44,102 nt of DNA from Spongospora subterranea f. sp. subterranea (Eukaryota): NCBI GenBank assembly GCA_049724395.1, contig JAUGWO010000100.1, positions 1-44,102 of the forward strand. Reading direction: 5' to 3'. Below are positions 13,279-25,906 of the stretch, piece after piece (the first letter of the stretch is position 1; each line of letters begins with the position of its first letter). The notes under the pieces are model-generated. The model was not told the origin of the DNA. It did not search any database and was given only the letters and a program-made list of their open reading frames with translations. The position numbers were made by a program, and so were the translations under genes.

Positions 13279-15143
13279 TTATCCCCTTTTACGGCGAGAA
13301 CGAAGACGGGTACAAGCCACATGGTCAGGACGGCGCTGTGAACGCAACCGCTCACTAGAAGATTGCACTTGCAAAACCGTCTCCTCTTGCACAATGACGT
13401 CTTCAGTGGCATCAAAACTGATAGATTGACCTTTTTGACCCTGATATGGGACGATTTCGTCGGAGACCGTCATCTCGCAATCACTTTCAGCTTCTTCATC
13501 TTCCACTGACGTGTCTGAACCCCCGTCCCTGCTTGTTGAAGCATGTCCGAACGCGTCTCCTGCTGGACGCTCCAGTTGAGCAGCATAGCAAGCACTATTA
13601 CATTCATGTTCTTGAAAAAACTTGGCAATTGAAGAGGCACCCATGTTGCCAATGCCGAACGTTGATTCAGCATTGGAGATTGATACAATCTCAACGTCAG
13701 TATAGACGCCACCCGCGCCCTGAATGTCTAATGCCATAAACTCGCCGCCGGAGCGACAGAACGAGAAATGGCTGAACGCGGTTGCCTTGATCCGGTCCTT
13801 TTTCGTTCGGGCTAATGTTTTGTTTGTTAAACAGATAATATTACCTATATTTAATGTAGGTATATTTGATGGAGGTTTGAAAAACCTCTACCTGAATTTG
13901 AAACGAACTTGTCGAATCGCCCTTTGATTTGACGCTCGATGATCCAAATCACGCCCTTCCGGCACATCCTGTTGAATGGATTGTTCTTTGCAGGAAACAG
14001 AACATCAATAACCTCCGGCAGGAGTTCGACGACAACGCTGTCACAAAACGTGACCATAAAATCATCATTTTTTACAGCGGCGTTGAACTCGATCGCCATT
14101 TGGGAGCATAATGCTGCCATTTGGACGGCACGTGTCGCTGTGCCTAGCCGGTCATCCAACGGAGAATTGGCCACCTTATATACGACAAGAGCTGATCCAA
14201 ACACCATTGGAAACATAGCTTCCTTATAAACAATCTTGGACTCGCCGTCAGTAATAAGATCTTCCATGTTCGGTACAGGAAATTCCTTCTCGCTTAGAAA
14301 CTGTTGCGACCATTTTTGACCATCGAACTGTCTTAAAATGGCAACTCCAGAGCCTTGCACTGCGGAATCCGATTTTGAATTCTGGTATATATCCTGGAAC
14401 TGAAATTGATCAAGATTGCCGAACGCGCTTGAGTGTACAAGGGCGCTTCCCTTCGTTCCTGTCTTCAATCGCTTGATGACAGAACCGGTGACGTGATTAC
14501 TGTTGTTGTTGCCAAACAACTCGATGGTGCGCAGCGGCTGTTGAATTGGGCCACAGTCTTCACCATTGTCAGGGAGAGTCATATCCCATTCGTTATCAAC
14601 ATTATCCTGTTCATTATCGTGGCTGATTCTGTCATTATCATTGAAGCCATCTTGTGAATGGTCTGATCTCACCAGATGCAACACCTTCTTGCCTCCAGAA
14701 CGAGTGAGGTTGAAAGGAAATTCACAGAATGGCGTATTCTCCTGTATTATTGCACCATCCCCCGTGGTAAGAACGTAAGTGGCCCCAGAGGACCATTTCG
14801 GAACAGGAAATAAACTGGATGCCAATCCATCGATAATATCATAGTATGTGGTGGCCGACAATGCGAAAACGACGTTGATTGCCGGATGATCTGGTAACTT
14901 CGTTGCCTTTTTAGTTCGGGGATCCATCCCTAGCGGATAGGCGGTGACGTTCACCTTGATCTAACATCGGGTTGATCGCCACACCACGCCGACTGCCGCC
15001 TCCGGCACGGCGACGTGACACGTCGGCCCTGCTTCCTTAAATTTCAGAAGCTCGGCTGCGACGGTCTTTTTGACAACATCCCCAAGCGTTGGGCAGGAAG
15101 CCAAGCACTGACCCTGTTGCTGACCACAATGTTGACAGAACAT
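13279..15143 (-). CDS. Alpha-kinase (eEF2K/MHCK-type) with N-terminal Cys-rich segment; in-frame TAG at 14961-14963; intron ~13846-13891
   Basis: VVYK, WIIERQIKGRFDKFVSNSG, AFSHFSF, LDIQG, YTDVEI, FGIGNMG and HECNSAC match alpha-kinase subdomains. N-terminus is MFCQHCG...CP. The 3' end is uncertain and may extend to 12872. Confidence 0.8.
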
Positions 15144-15315
15144 AGACAGACTCGTTGATCAAATAATTGATTAAACCCACCCGACGACGAATCTGTCATG
15201 GGAAGTCCGCTACGGCATTACCTATAGTTTTTTTCTGACGTACTGTAAAATAGTTTTGTTGCTCACAAAAAACATTTTGCGCATAATTTCCGCCCCTTGC
15301 CCTTCTCGGATTCCG

Positions 15316-15335
15316 TAATTTTGGGACAGAGGGAG
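15316..15335. repeat. Solo Stowaway/mariner-type TIR (right end) followed by TA
   Basis: Reverse complement reads CTCCCTCTGTCCCAAAATTA; TA at 15336-15337. No partner TIR found. Confidence 0.55.
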
Positions 15336-15339
15336 TATG

Positions 15340-15461
15340 TATCATGATATTTGCCCCAATATCGCGATATGAACCTGCGCAACATCTGTTTATTGCAATA
15401 TTCAACTTATCACGATATTATCATGATATTTCCACGCAATATTTGGCTTCCAAACGCGACC
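15340..15461. mobile_element. Probable Harbinger/Tourist-type MITE right end
   Basis: Ends CCAAACGCGACC followed by TAA (15462-15464), preceded by several ATC(A/G)(T/C)GATAT subterminal repeats. No left end seen. Confidence 0.45.
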
Positions 15462-16211
15462 TAATAACATAAATAGAAGTCCGGAAGAAATCGGTTGCCA
15501 GTTTTAACACACCCCGTCAAACCGATGACTCCGGTAACTAAATGCAATCAACGATAGGTGCTCCATTGAATGGAATTCTTGGTGTATCGGGTCAGATGGA
15601 AGCTCGATTCCTGAACATAAATAGGAATGAGAAAAGGGTGGCACAGAAGTCATTGGATAGGCACGGCCAGGATTGAATCCTGTGTAAGTTTAGGGTCGTT
15701 AAGCTGAACAGATTCTAGGTTTTGTTGAAGTGTGTCCTTGTCCATCTGGCTTCTTATGCGTTGATTGTCTTCCCCTCCGTTGTGGACGATGTCGTCGCGT
15801 TTGATACTCAGGACGTGAGGACGACTTTCTGAGCATGGACTGGATTGCCTCCATCTTGGCCACCACCAATGCAACCATCTGCAGACAGCTTTGACTGGTG
15901 CTTAGTCGTTCTGCCGAAGTGCAATGCGAAAGCATCCTTCGGTAGTCTTATTGAGAAAGAGTTTTGACTGTAATTATCAACTCAAGTAGGTTCCAAACAC
16001 AGAGATGACATGTGTAACTTCTGTGGGCGATTTGTTAGGTTGTAAGATATTACAATGTCTAAACTAGAGAATTCTCAAAATAGCATGGCTAAAGCGATGC
16101 TGTCGATCGCTCACGACAGCTTGGTTATCAGGTTGATCACTTCAAGATCTTCGGCTCAACCCAACAGCCAGTGGTTGTTTGAAAGAACTTCTACGTCTGT
16201 TTATTTGGCCA

Positions 16212-19200
16212 TCACTGTTGCGATATGACACTCCATTTTGATGTTGGCGCGACGTTGATTGCCACAGACGAAGGTACATCCACAACATGATTACGTCTTG
16301 TGGATGAGATTTCACCAAAATGCGTTAACCGTAGGACAAGCTTGGTAAGTTCGTCGATGACAGCAGGAACAAATGCGAGACCAACAACAAGAGCGTAACC
16401 TTTGACCTCGCTAATATACCTCATGCCAAATATGTCTTGAAACGGAGGCACCAATGCCACAAACCACGTTAATGATAACGATACTAGGACAGATAGATGC
16501 ATGTACTTGTTAGAAAAAAAACCCATCTCATAGAGCGATACACGTTGAGAACGACAGGTGTAAGCTCGAAGCAGCTCAGAAGTGCAAATGTACAGGATTG
16601 TCATTGTCTGGGCCTCTTTATATCCATTCAACTTGGACGAATTGGTATTATGAGACTCGGAGTCGATCCCTTTACCCCAAAAATCACCTCCTAGTTCAAT
16701 GAAAATCAGAGAGAATATAAACAGAGTATGTTGAGTTGCCCTACCAGCAAACCATTGTAAACCGGTGCCATACACAATAACACACATTGTTGTCAGTACA
16801 ATTGTCTACAGCAAAAGAATTAAATTTCGCGTCAAAAAAGGAAGATCAGATTCCTACCTGCACAGAAATCCCCACCCACATGAACCTGTCGATGAGCGGC
16901 TCGTTCCGCCTGCGTGGTGGTCTAAACATTGTGCCTGGATCCGTCTACAAATGGTTACACACATCCGTACTGGCCACTCTCTATTACTCCCACCTTTTCA
17001 ATAGCAAGGGAAATTGCTGGAGCACCATCCGTTGTAAGGTTCAGCCATAAAAATCTGGACCGCATTGAGAGGAACAGGCATGCCAACGCACGTCGTCACA
17101 AATATAAGCATCACTTCTGCTATATTAGTTGAGAGCAGATAAAAAATAAACTTGCTTATGTTAGAATAAATTGTACGACCCTCTTCAATGGCCATCACAA
17201 TTGATGCAAAATTATCGGTAGTAAGGATCATAGCAGACGCGGCTTTGGCCACATCCGTTCCAGTAATTCCCATAGCAATACCAATATTTGCCTGCTCAAA
17301 ACATCAACCGCTACAATCACTGGGAAACCGTAAGGTATTGACCTGCTTTAAAGCTGGAGCGTCATTGACACCATCCCCGGTCATTGCGCAGCAATGACCT
17401 TGGCGCTGTAAGGATTTCACAATAGTTATCTTGTCTTCAGGTTTTGCACGAGCGTAAACATCAGCTACTGCAGTGATAGCGTCAAGGCGGCTGAACTCTG
17501 TTGCTAATGCTGTTAGAATTAAAAATATATGAGAATGAACAAGATCAAGACACCAACAATATCCCAACCTTCATGAATACCAGTATGGTCTGACTTCATC
17601 GTGTCCTTCGATTTTAATTGCTGTTCAAGAGCATCAATTCTGTTACCAATCTCACGAATCTCTTCACAATCTAATGCAGCTGTGGCAGGGGATCCTTTTG
17701 GTATAAGACCTATATTCTCCGCAATCGCCTTTGCGGTTTTGACATAATCGCCAGTAATCATGCAGACACGAACAGATGCATTATGTGCTGCAGCAATGGC
17801 TGGAATCACCTAAAAAAATTTTAGATTTGTATCTCACATAGAGTGGAAACGCATTACCTCTTTCCTTTCTGGGTCAGTAGACGCAAATAGTCCAACAAAA
17901 ATCAAATCGGTTTCCACAGTTTCCGCGGAGTCGTCATTGGGTGATGAAGAAAATGTCCTGAACGCAACAGCTAGAACGCGCAAAGCAGCGGAAGAATAGC
18001 CATCAATAACCTGGACCAATACGTATCACTCAATATCACACTATGAAAACAAGTTAAAAATAACGACATTTGTAATGGCTTCTCTTTCAGTCGATTGCAA
18101 GGATTGAATAACCGGATCACCGGAGGCGTTATTCACTATTTGTGAGTTACACTGTGCTAAGACTACATTTGGGGCACCTAAAAAACATCAAAAATGGGTA
18201 GACAGCGATGACGAGACAAGCATCCTTGCCTTTGACAACAACGATATGAGAAGCGATATTATCGACACCAGGAAACCTTCGCGGGTGAATTTTGGAATTC
18301 TCGCAAACCACAGACATCATTTTCCGAACTGAAGAGAAAGTATTTTCTTTGGTCCTGGTATATTCCTAAACACGCTGTAAGGGGAACTGAAAGAACAAAA
18401 ATTCGGCAAACTACCATATTGACATCTGTCATCGTGATGTTAGCTTTAGCTGCAACGACGACAACGGCTCTATCAGATGTATTTCCAAGACACTCCCAAT
18501 TTCCATTAGCGTCCGCTTGCAGAATCGCATTACTACATAACGCTCCACTTAGCAGCAGAAGACCTAGTCCAGAATCAATATTAGGCACAGCCTGCAAAAA
18601 AAACAATGAGCGCTAAGCGACAAAAATGCAAGTAAATTGGGACCTTGTTGTCATTAGAAAGCGACGTGAAGACCCCATTCGGATTATACCCTTCCCCACT
18701 AACAGAAAAAGTAGATCCAGAGAAGAACAGTTTGACAGTTGTCATAACACCAGCAGTTAATGTCCCTGTCTTATCGGAGCATATTACTGTCGCGCTACCC
18801 AATGTCTCAACCGAATGCAGTCGTCTGATAATGGCGTTTTTGTCAGCCATCCTTTGCATACCCATGGCTAGAGTGATAGTGACCGCAGCAGGAAGCCCTT
18901 CAGGAACAGCGGCGACAACAAGAGAAACCGCCACAATTATCATCTGCAAATAATACGGCTGTTCTGAGCCAGGGTCTGGTGTGCGTTCAGTCAAGATCCC
19001 GATCACCAAAATGCAGACAGAAATCATAATAGATAATATTCCTAGAATCTTGCCAAGTTTTTCCAACTTCTCTTGCAAAGGGGATAAACCAGCCTCCGCC
19101 TGTAATGGCGGTTTCCATCAACATAAAAACAGCTGGGAATGGTGAATACCTCACCTCATTGAGCAGCTTAGCAATTTTTCCCATTCGAGTTGACATTCCG

Positions 19201-20160
19201 GTGCGGACAACCAGCCCTTTACCGCGACCATCAAGAATAACACAGCCCATGTAGACCATATTTTCAGACGTTAAATGAGATTCCTGGGCGGACTCGCCTG
19301 AGTGTTTGGCCTCAGGTGAGAAAACGTAATCGGCATCTTTCAGAACTCCTTCAGATTCACCAGTGAGAGCCATCTCGGCAGACACCAATCCATGAGCGCT
19401 AATTAATCGTATATCCGCAGGGATCTTTTGCCCTGTGGCTAGATTGACAATATCACCAGGGACTAAGAATTTGCTGTCCACAACCTATAGCTGGCCGTTA
19501 ACAGTTGCGAAGCGTATTGCTTGAAAAAATGGGGGCTTACGTTAGGCACACCATTACGAACAACTTCAGCTTTGTCTGAAGACATTGATTCCAACGCCTC
19601 CAAAGCTTTTCCCGCTTTATTTTCTTGAACAACTCCAATTGTGGCGTTCAGAATAATTATAAAAAGAATAGCGGCGCCAGCAACATAATTTCCAAAAATA
19701 AAGGATATAAAACAAGAAACGATCAGCAAAATGACCAGCAGATCACTGAGCTGATCAAGTAACATTCTCCATAACGATGAGGGTGGAGGTTTTTCTAGCT
19801 CATTATTCCCATGCAGCTGGAGTCTGTTGGCAAATTCTTCTTTGGTGAGGCCCTGCGAAAATGGGATGACGTCGCGGTACTAAAAAGAGCACTAATAATG
19901 ACCTGGTCAGTATCGCTCTGAAACGCGTGGACGATATCTAACAACGTGGTAGAAGTCAATTCGGCCTGTTCTGCCTTCACATGATCTGCCAACTTGACAC
20001 GAGCTTCATCATTTCCATGAGGGGGAGCGACCAAGCGCTTGTGCGAGGAACCTAGTCGCTGGAGAGAAAATGTCCTGAGAGAGCCTTGGTGGACCAGTGC
20101 CCTTGATGATCCCTGCCTGGTGATGTCTGGTGGCGCGTTATTACCATGTGCCTCGGTCAT
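16212..20160 (-). CDS. Type II P-type cation-transporting ATPase, multi-exon
   Basis: [72 protein letters not shown] (after removing one extra base near 17050), [11 protein letters not shown]. Confidence 0.93.
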
Positions 20161-20918
20161 GGAGGTTAGCGGCGGTGCGGCGTTGCTGTATTTCCGTGTC
20201 TCTGTTGAACGACCTTGTCACCTATCGGTTAACAGCGCACCGTACTATGTTATTGCTTGTTGGTTATGCTGGGCTGACGACACTTGAGCCCTTCTGTGCC
20301 GGTCGACTCAGCACAAGGTTCCTGTCTGTGGGTTTGGGCCCGGTGTCACAGGGGTTGATGTATGAGAAAATGTATGTCTGTTTCGAGTGGGGCCTCTCTA
20401 TAAGCTTCGACTTATCTCCGGATTGACACTCAACAGCAGAGTTCAAAGTGCAAGCGGTCTATTCTAATCTCACCAAATTCTGAATCAGGAAACAATTGCG
20501 TCTGTGATCGATTGGTACTGAAAGATTCCGCTTGTTTAATCCACCGGATCATACCAAAACGTGATTCAACAAGGATTTGACTGTGCCGATAAGAAAGGAA
20601 AATTATGCCTGATCCGTCACGTCCTCGACCGGAATTGGAATCATCGATGTCACTTTTGTCAAGTATAGCCCTCTGGATACTTGTAATGTGGCGTAGTTGA
20701 TCTTCATGGTTCTCCTCATCGTTTGAAGAGACAGTTTCTCTCTATATTTATACAAATAGTTAACAATTCCCTGTCGTAGCTCTTCTGTTAGTCCTTACAT
20801 ACTCTTTCGGTTTTTTTAAAAGTCGGTTTTCCCATTTTCGACAAAATTATCAACCGCTATCCAGGAACTGGACTCGCTTGCTGATAAAGGTTTCTGCCAC
20901 GATAGTGTTGGTCGAAAT

Positions 20919-21352
20919 TTTACGAGATTCTTTCAATAAGAAGCGATCATGGAAAACTGGAAAGGGCGTCGATTAAGCAAATTGCAGACGAATATAATGT
21001 AAAACGACGAACGGTCGAAAGAATTGGTCTCGCCACAAGCAATGCGTTAGTGATGGCATATTGTCGACCGTTTGCGCTAGAAGAACAGGGAGATTTGAGA
21101 GAAATGATCGAGCTTCACAAGAAAAAGACGATACGTTCGCTAACGGCTGCACTGAATGTATCGCCCACAACGATTTTCAACCGATTGAAAGAGGTCTTTT
21201 GATACGCTATTCCAACAAGCTGGAACCGCAACTGAAAGCTGTGGATAGGTGAGAGAGTCGGGTTCTGCTAATAATATCACCTGCGAATCATCAGCTTAGG
21301 GGAGCCAGAGTCGAGATGCCTGTCAATGCACGACACTATTCATGTTGATGAA
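20919..21352 (+). pseudogene. DD39D-type mariner transposase N-terminal fragment
   Basis: Manual translation across frameshifts: YEILSIRSDHGKLERASIKQIADEYNVKRRTVERI, KTIRSLTAALNVSPTTIFNRLKE, LIRYSNKLEPQL, MHDTIHVDE (first catalytic D), then truncated. Confidence 0.7.
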
Positions 21353-21494
21353 GGATACAGTAGTATTGCGTTAAAGTTAAAAATCCGTAGCGAAAGTGCG
21401 CATCTTTGGCCCTGGGTAACCCAAAAGATTCGAATCTTTCTACGGACATATTTGAAACGGACTTAAGGTGCTCATTGCCAGGTGACTCAGGTGA

Positions 21495-22797
21495 ATGCCT
21501 CGATTATCTGAGCGAGGCCAGTTGCTCGGCGATATTGAACGCCTGATTCGATACATGGCTGTTGACCTGAGCAGCGAGCAGCTCCTTCGACCGACACTGG
21601 CAAGCCAGCTGAAACAACAAATTGATGCACTTATTTCGCTTAAGTTTGGGATACTTTGTTATCGAAACTTAATCCCTCGACGTTTGATCTTGAAAGGTAA
21701 CTATCTTTAGGATATTTTGCCGTTTCTGGACGATCAAGAATTTGTCCAAGACCTACGATGCTCCAGGGAGACATTCCAGGCAATTATCGATATCATCAAA
21801 GGTCACCGCATCCTACCAGTATTTTGGTTTTGATGTTCACACTGTTCGCTCCAGACGACCCTGTATTTCATAAGCAATCGCGCAACGAACAGGGACCTGT
21901 TTGGATCCAGGTCGCCGTTGCCCTGGATTCTTTTGGCACCGATGGCAATGCTGCTAGCCAACAACGCAAACGTCGAATAGGAGTTGCATATGGCACCGCA
22001 CATTTGTTCACATCCCCTGTAACCCATGCGTTGGTAAACCAGGCACAACACTATGTACGCTGGCCAGATGCTGCTGAACGTCGTCGCATCAGTCTACGTA
22101 ATGGCCGTCATTTTGGATTCAAAAATTGTGTCGGCAATGCTGACGGTACAGATATTGTGTTTTCGGAAAAACCTCCATTCCATGGAGAAGTTTGGTGGTC
22201 GTACAAAAAACGATACGGCATGAAGGCCATTCTTGTTTGCGATGATCGAAGACTCATTCGGTTCGCTCATATCGGAGATCCATCGTCCGTGTATGACAGC
22301 ACATCGTGGGAGGCAAGCGATATGTGGCGAAATCCTCACCTATATTTTTCCAAAGGCCAATACAACATCACTTGATTCTCGGCTTCACATTGAATCGACG
22401 CCGGGGAGTGTTGATCCCGTACACAGCGCCATTGTGCAACGTATCACGTAACTCTGAATTCAACCTTCGATTATCGCAAGCCAGGGTTAGCAATGAACAC
22501 GTTAACGGACTGCTGAAAGGACGTTTTCAGTCTCTGAAAGGACTGCGGCTAAGGCTCACAGACGTCGAATCTGCCAAGAGAATTGTCCAATGGATCTCGG
22601 CATGTGTTGTTCTACACAATATAATACAAGACCGCCGATCGAGCCTTGACGATTTATGTGAGGATGACGTCTACCATTCCGACGACGACACCGATGACAT
22701 GTGCACGTCCGCGCCGATAAACGAAAGTAATCTGTACAGTCAGCAATGGCGCAAAGAAATTCAAAATGAGGTCTCAACATGGAGCGGGTATCACTAA
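21495..22797 (+). pseudogene. PIF/Harbinger transposase (DDE_Tnp_4-like), disrupted
   Basis: VRWPD, GFKNCVGNADGT, KKRYGMKAILVCDDRRLIR, SVYDS, LIPY, FNLRLSQARVSNEHVNGLLKGRFQSLK, ACVVLHN. Contains stops and frameshifts. Confidence 0.85.
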
Positions 22798-22799
22798 TC

Positions 22800-23390
22800 A
22801 TTAAGTTTATTCTGCAACCAATTTCAGAACTGTTCAATTTCTTGAACTGATCTTCCTTGTTCAATGAGTTTCAGAGTAAGTTCGGTGCGATCTCGGCGCA
22901 CGTCTCTCGCAGTGTCGGCTTCCATTTTGGATTTTTCTATCTGGACTCGGATCCTATCCAATTCAAGTCGAGCAGCGCGATCTGCACGGTCCATCTGTTC
23001 AGCTTTGTCTTTGAGATGTCAATTTCTGTCATAGCTTTCTCGCATGTATTCCAGCACAGCAGTGTTGTGCTCCAGGTATGCTCCTGAAATATCTTTCCGA
23101 ACTGGAGGTGAACGAGACAGGAGGTGATGTACCAAGACGTTTTGGCATATAAATCGGTTTCTTGGTAATTGTAACTTGGTGTCCTCATGCTGGAAGTGCT
23201 ACCTGAGACGATACCCCGCTGTTGAATCCTCGCATCGTTATTTCGAGAATTTTGACCCTCCTCCCTTGCACCACCTTCCAAATCATCAGCAGAATCAATC
23301 GCTATCGCATTTGAAGCGGCGTGCCCACTCGAGAAGCTGACAGAATCCTCATCTGATAAATCACCACCATAGTCACGCGGTTGAGGAAAA
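22800..23390 (-). pseudogene. Possible 3' remnant of the convergent Harbinger accessory gene
   Basis: Low-complexity, helical-looking broken ORFs converging tail-to-tail on the transposase. No diagnostic motif seen. Confidence 0.3.
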
Positions 23391-23479
23391 AAATCAGCTG
23401 CTACGCCAAGCTAATCGTTGCAGGAGCAACGACATTGGGTCTCTCGCCAAACAGCAGGCGTCTAAACTCCCAAACCCGA

Positions 23480-24790
23480 AACAAAGGTGCTCCAGTTTTT
23501 CCGATGGATCAGGTCTGAAATTGATCTCTTTCAGTTCGCAAATACCGATGCGTTCGACCTCATACAGTGGCTGTTGATCGTCATCGATCATGATGGGCGG
23601 GGAGGGGTCGACGCGAGCGCGGTCGGGAGCGTAAAACGACGTACGGCTCCAGGAGTGACGCATGGAACACTCGGTGAATTCGTAAATCGTCCGCAGGTCT
23701 AGTTCGTAAGCGACAGGGTTGATGATTCGCTTCACCGTAAATGGTCCTACCACACTAAATGTTGTAACCAGTGTAGTGATGAGATCAAAATTTCCTTGAC
23801 ACTCAGACGTCTTGAGCGGATTCCGTCTCGCCTCAACCACACGTGATCACCAGGTTGAATTGTGGATTTGGTTGTCCCAGCGTGACGTTTCATATTGGCG
23901 ATGGCACGTTTCAGGTTCCGTCGTAGATCCGCATGGACATTAATGATATTTTCTGCGAAGGTGGTTGAGGTTGGATTGCCATTGGACGGGAGCATCTGAA
24001 AGTCGAATCGTGGGTGAAAACCATAATTTGCAAAAAACGGGCTAATTCCAGTTGAAGAGTGGATGGTGTTGTTGTATGCGAATTCGGCCATAGGAAGTAG
24101 TGAACTCCAGTCATTTTGCGAGGTATTAACATAACAACGCAAATATTGTTCTAAAATTTGGTTGACACGTTCCGTCTGACCATCTGATTCAGGGTGGCGC
24201 GCGAACGATAGATTTCGGTCAATTTTCAGTTGTTTCAATAGGTGCTTCCAGAATTTGCTAATAAATTGCGGACCTCTATGTCTGAAATCATGCTGTCAGG
24301 GAGTCCATGAAACTTGAAGATATTGTTATTGTTAAACATCAAAGAAGCGAGATTGGTGCTAGTACAAGATTCCGTACAAGGAGTAAAATGAGCCATTTTG
24401 CTGAAACGGTCGACAACCACCAAAATGGAGTCTGAGCCGCGTGATTTTGGAAGTTTGACAATGAAATCCATCGATATGGAAGACCAAGGTCTGGGGGGAA
24501 TTCGGTAGTGGCAAGAGCATACCCGATGGCTTGTGTGGGGTGTTTTTTGATCGGGCGCAAATATCGAGACTTGACATAATTGCGAATCATCGAATGCATT
24601 CCAGGCCACCAGAAATCACGGCAGACGAGTTCTTGGGTTTTCGCAATGCCAAAATGGCCCGCTAGCGTGGAATCGTGCCTAGTGATGAGAAGTTTTAGAC
24701 GATCATCGTGTTGGTGAATATATTTTCGTCGTTGAAAAAACAGATCTCCGTCATGAAAAGAGAAGTGTGAAAGGTCATATTTACCTAGTC
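23480..24790 (-). pseudogene. Ty3/Gypsy (chromovirus-type) integrase fragment
   Basis: HDSTLAGHFGIAKT...FWWPGM, PWSSISMDFIVKLP, VVVDRFSKMAHF, HPESDGQTERVNQILEQYLR, GPFTVKRIINPVAYEL, and chromodomain start YEVERI. Confidence 0.88.
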
Positions 24791-24899
24791 CTAACTCTCT
24801 CTGGGATCTGCAGGGTTGGCAAAATTGATGTTGTTGACGAATATGTGTGAATGGAGGACAGGGCGAGGCACTGCAGATTCGCAATGATAATCTGAACGT

Positions 24900-25346
24900 C
24901 TGGACAGTGCGTCTGCTTTTACATTTAAATGGCCATCTACGTTGATGATATACTAATGGCATACAATTGCAAGACAGTTTGTGAAACAATGATTGGTTCG
25001 CTGTCATCAGAATTTGAAATAACGGACGTTGGGAGTCCCACACTCCTACTGGGAATGAGAATCTCTCGTGATGGTGACACAGGCCCAATTGCTATGGACC
25101 ATTCTTAAAGACACTCTCGCCAGATTCAACATGACCTTATGCAAGACAAGTCCAACTCCAGACCAGCGCAACCTACATCTGTCAAGGAGCATGTGCCCAA
25201 GGTCCACCGAGGAACAAGAAGAGATGAGATCAGTACAGTTCAAGGACCTCATAGGATCACTCTTATGGCTTGCGATGAACACCCGTCCCGATATCGCTCA
25301 GGCAGTCAGATCACTCTGTCGCTTTTCTTCAAATCCAGGGAAACAA
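24900..25346 (+). pseudogene. Old Ty1/Copia element, RT segment (part 1 of 3)
   Basis: AIYVDDILMA, LLLGMRI, FKDLIGSLLWLAMNTRPDIAQAVRSLCRFSSNPGKQ. Interrupted by the LINE. Confidence 0.88.
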
Positions 25347-25906
25347 TTTTTTTTTTTTTTTTTGTGATTGAGTTTGCACTTTTCATGCAGGTCGGCCGGT
25401 CCCACGGCTATTGGGCCTAAGATTCGTTTCTTCGACTCGCGTCTCAGAAGCTCCTCCCAGTATCAGGCTCGCACCCGAAATATAGACCTTCGCCGGTAGT
25501 TCAGCATTTTGGTCGACGCAAAGGGTAGTGTGGGGTTAAAATAGTCCTACATATTCCGTCCCAACTAAAAAACGTACCCGGAAAACTCTTGTATCCGGGA
25601 CACTAAAAATTCCCTAAGGAACACCCTTTGGCCTAACCAGGTCGCATCCTTACTAGACAGCTCGGTTTTTGCATAGAGGTTGTCCTCCTCTTCGGCCTGT
25701 ATTTAGAGAGGTAGCACCTCTTCGCTACGGTTAGGTAGCTGATTTTTTATCGAGGTTTTACTCCTCTTCGGAAAATATTTATCTAGGCTGCCTCCTCTCT
25801 CACTGTCTCGATCGCCGTCTGCCCTTCTTAGGATCCTGTTCATTTCTTGCGAGTAATCCCACAGTGCATTTTCTGCTCGTGTATTCGGATTCGGGTTCCT
25901 GTGGTT

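Noticed and set aside
15650..15935. Short minus-strand ORFs between the alpha-kinase and the ATPase
   Set aside because: No recognisable motif; cannot support a gene or gag call.
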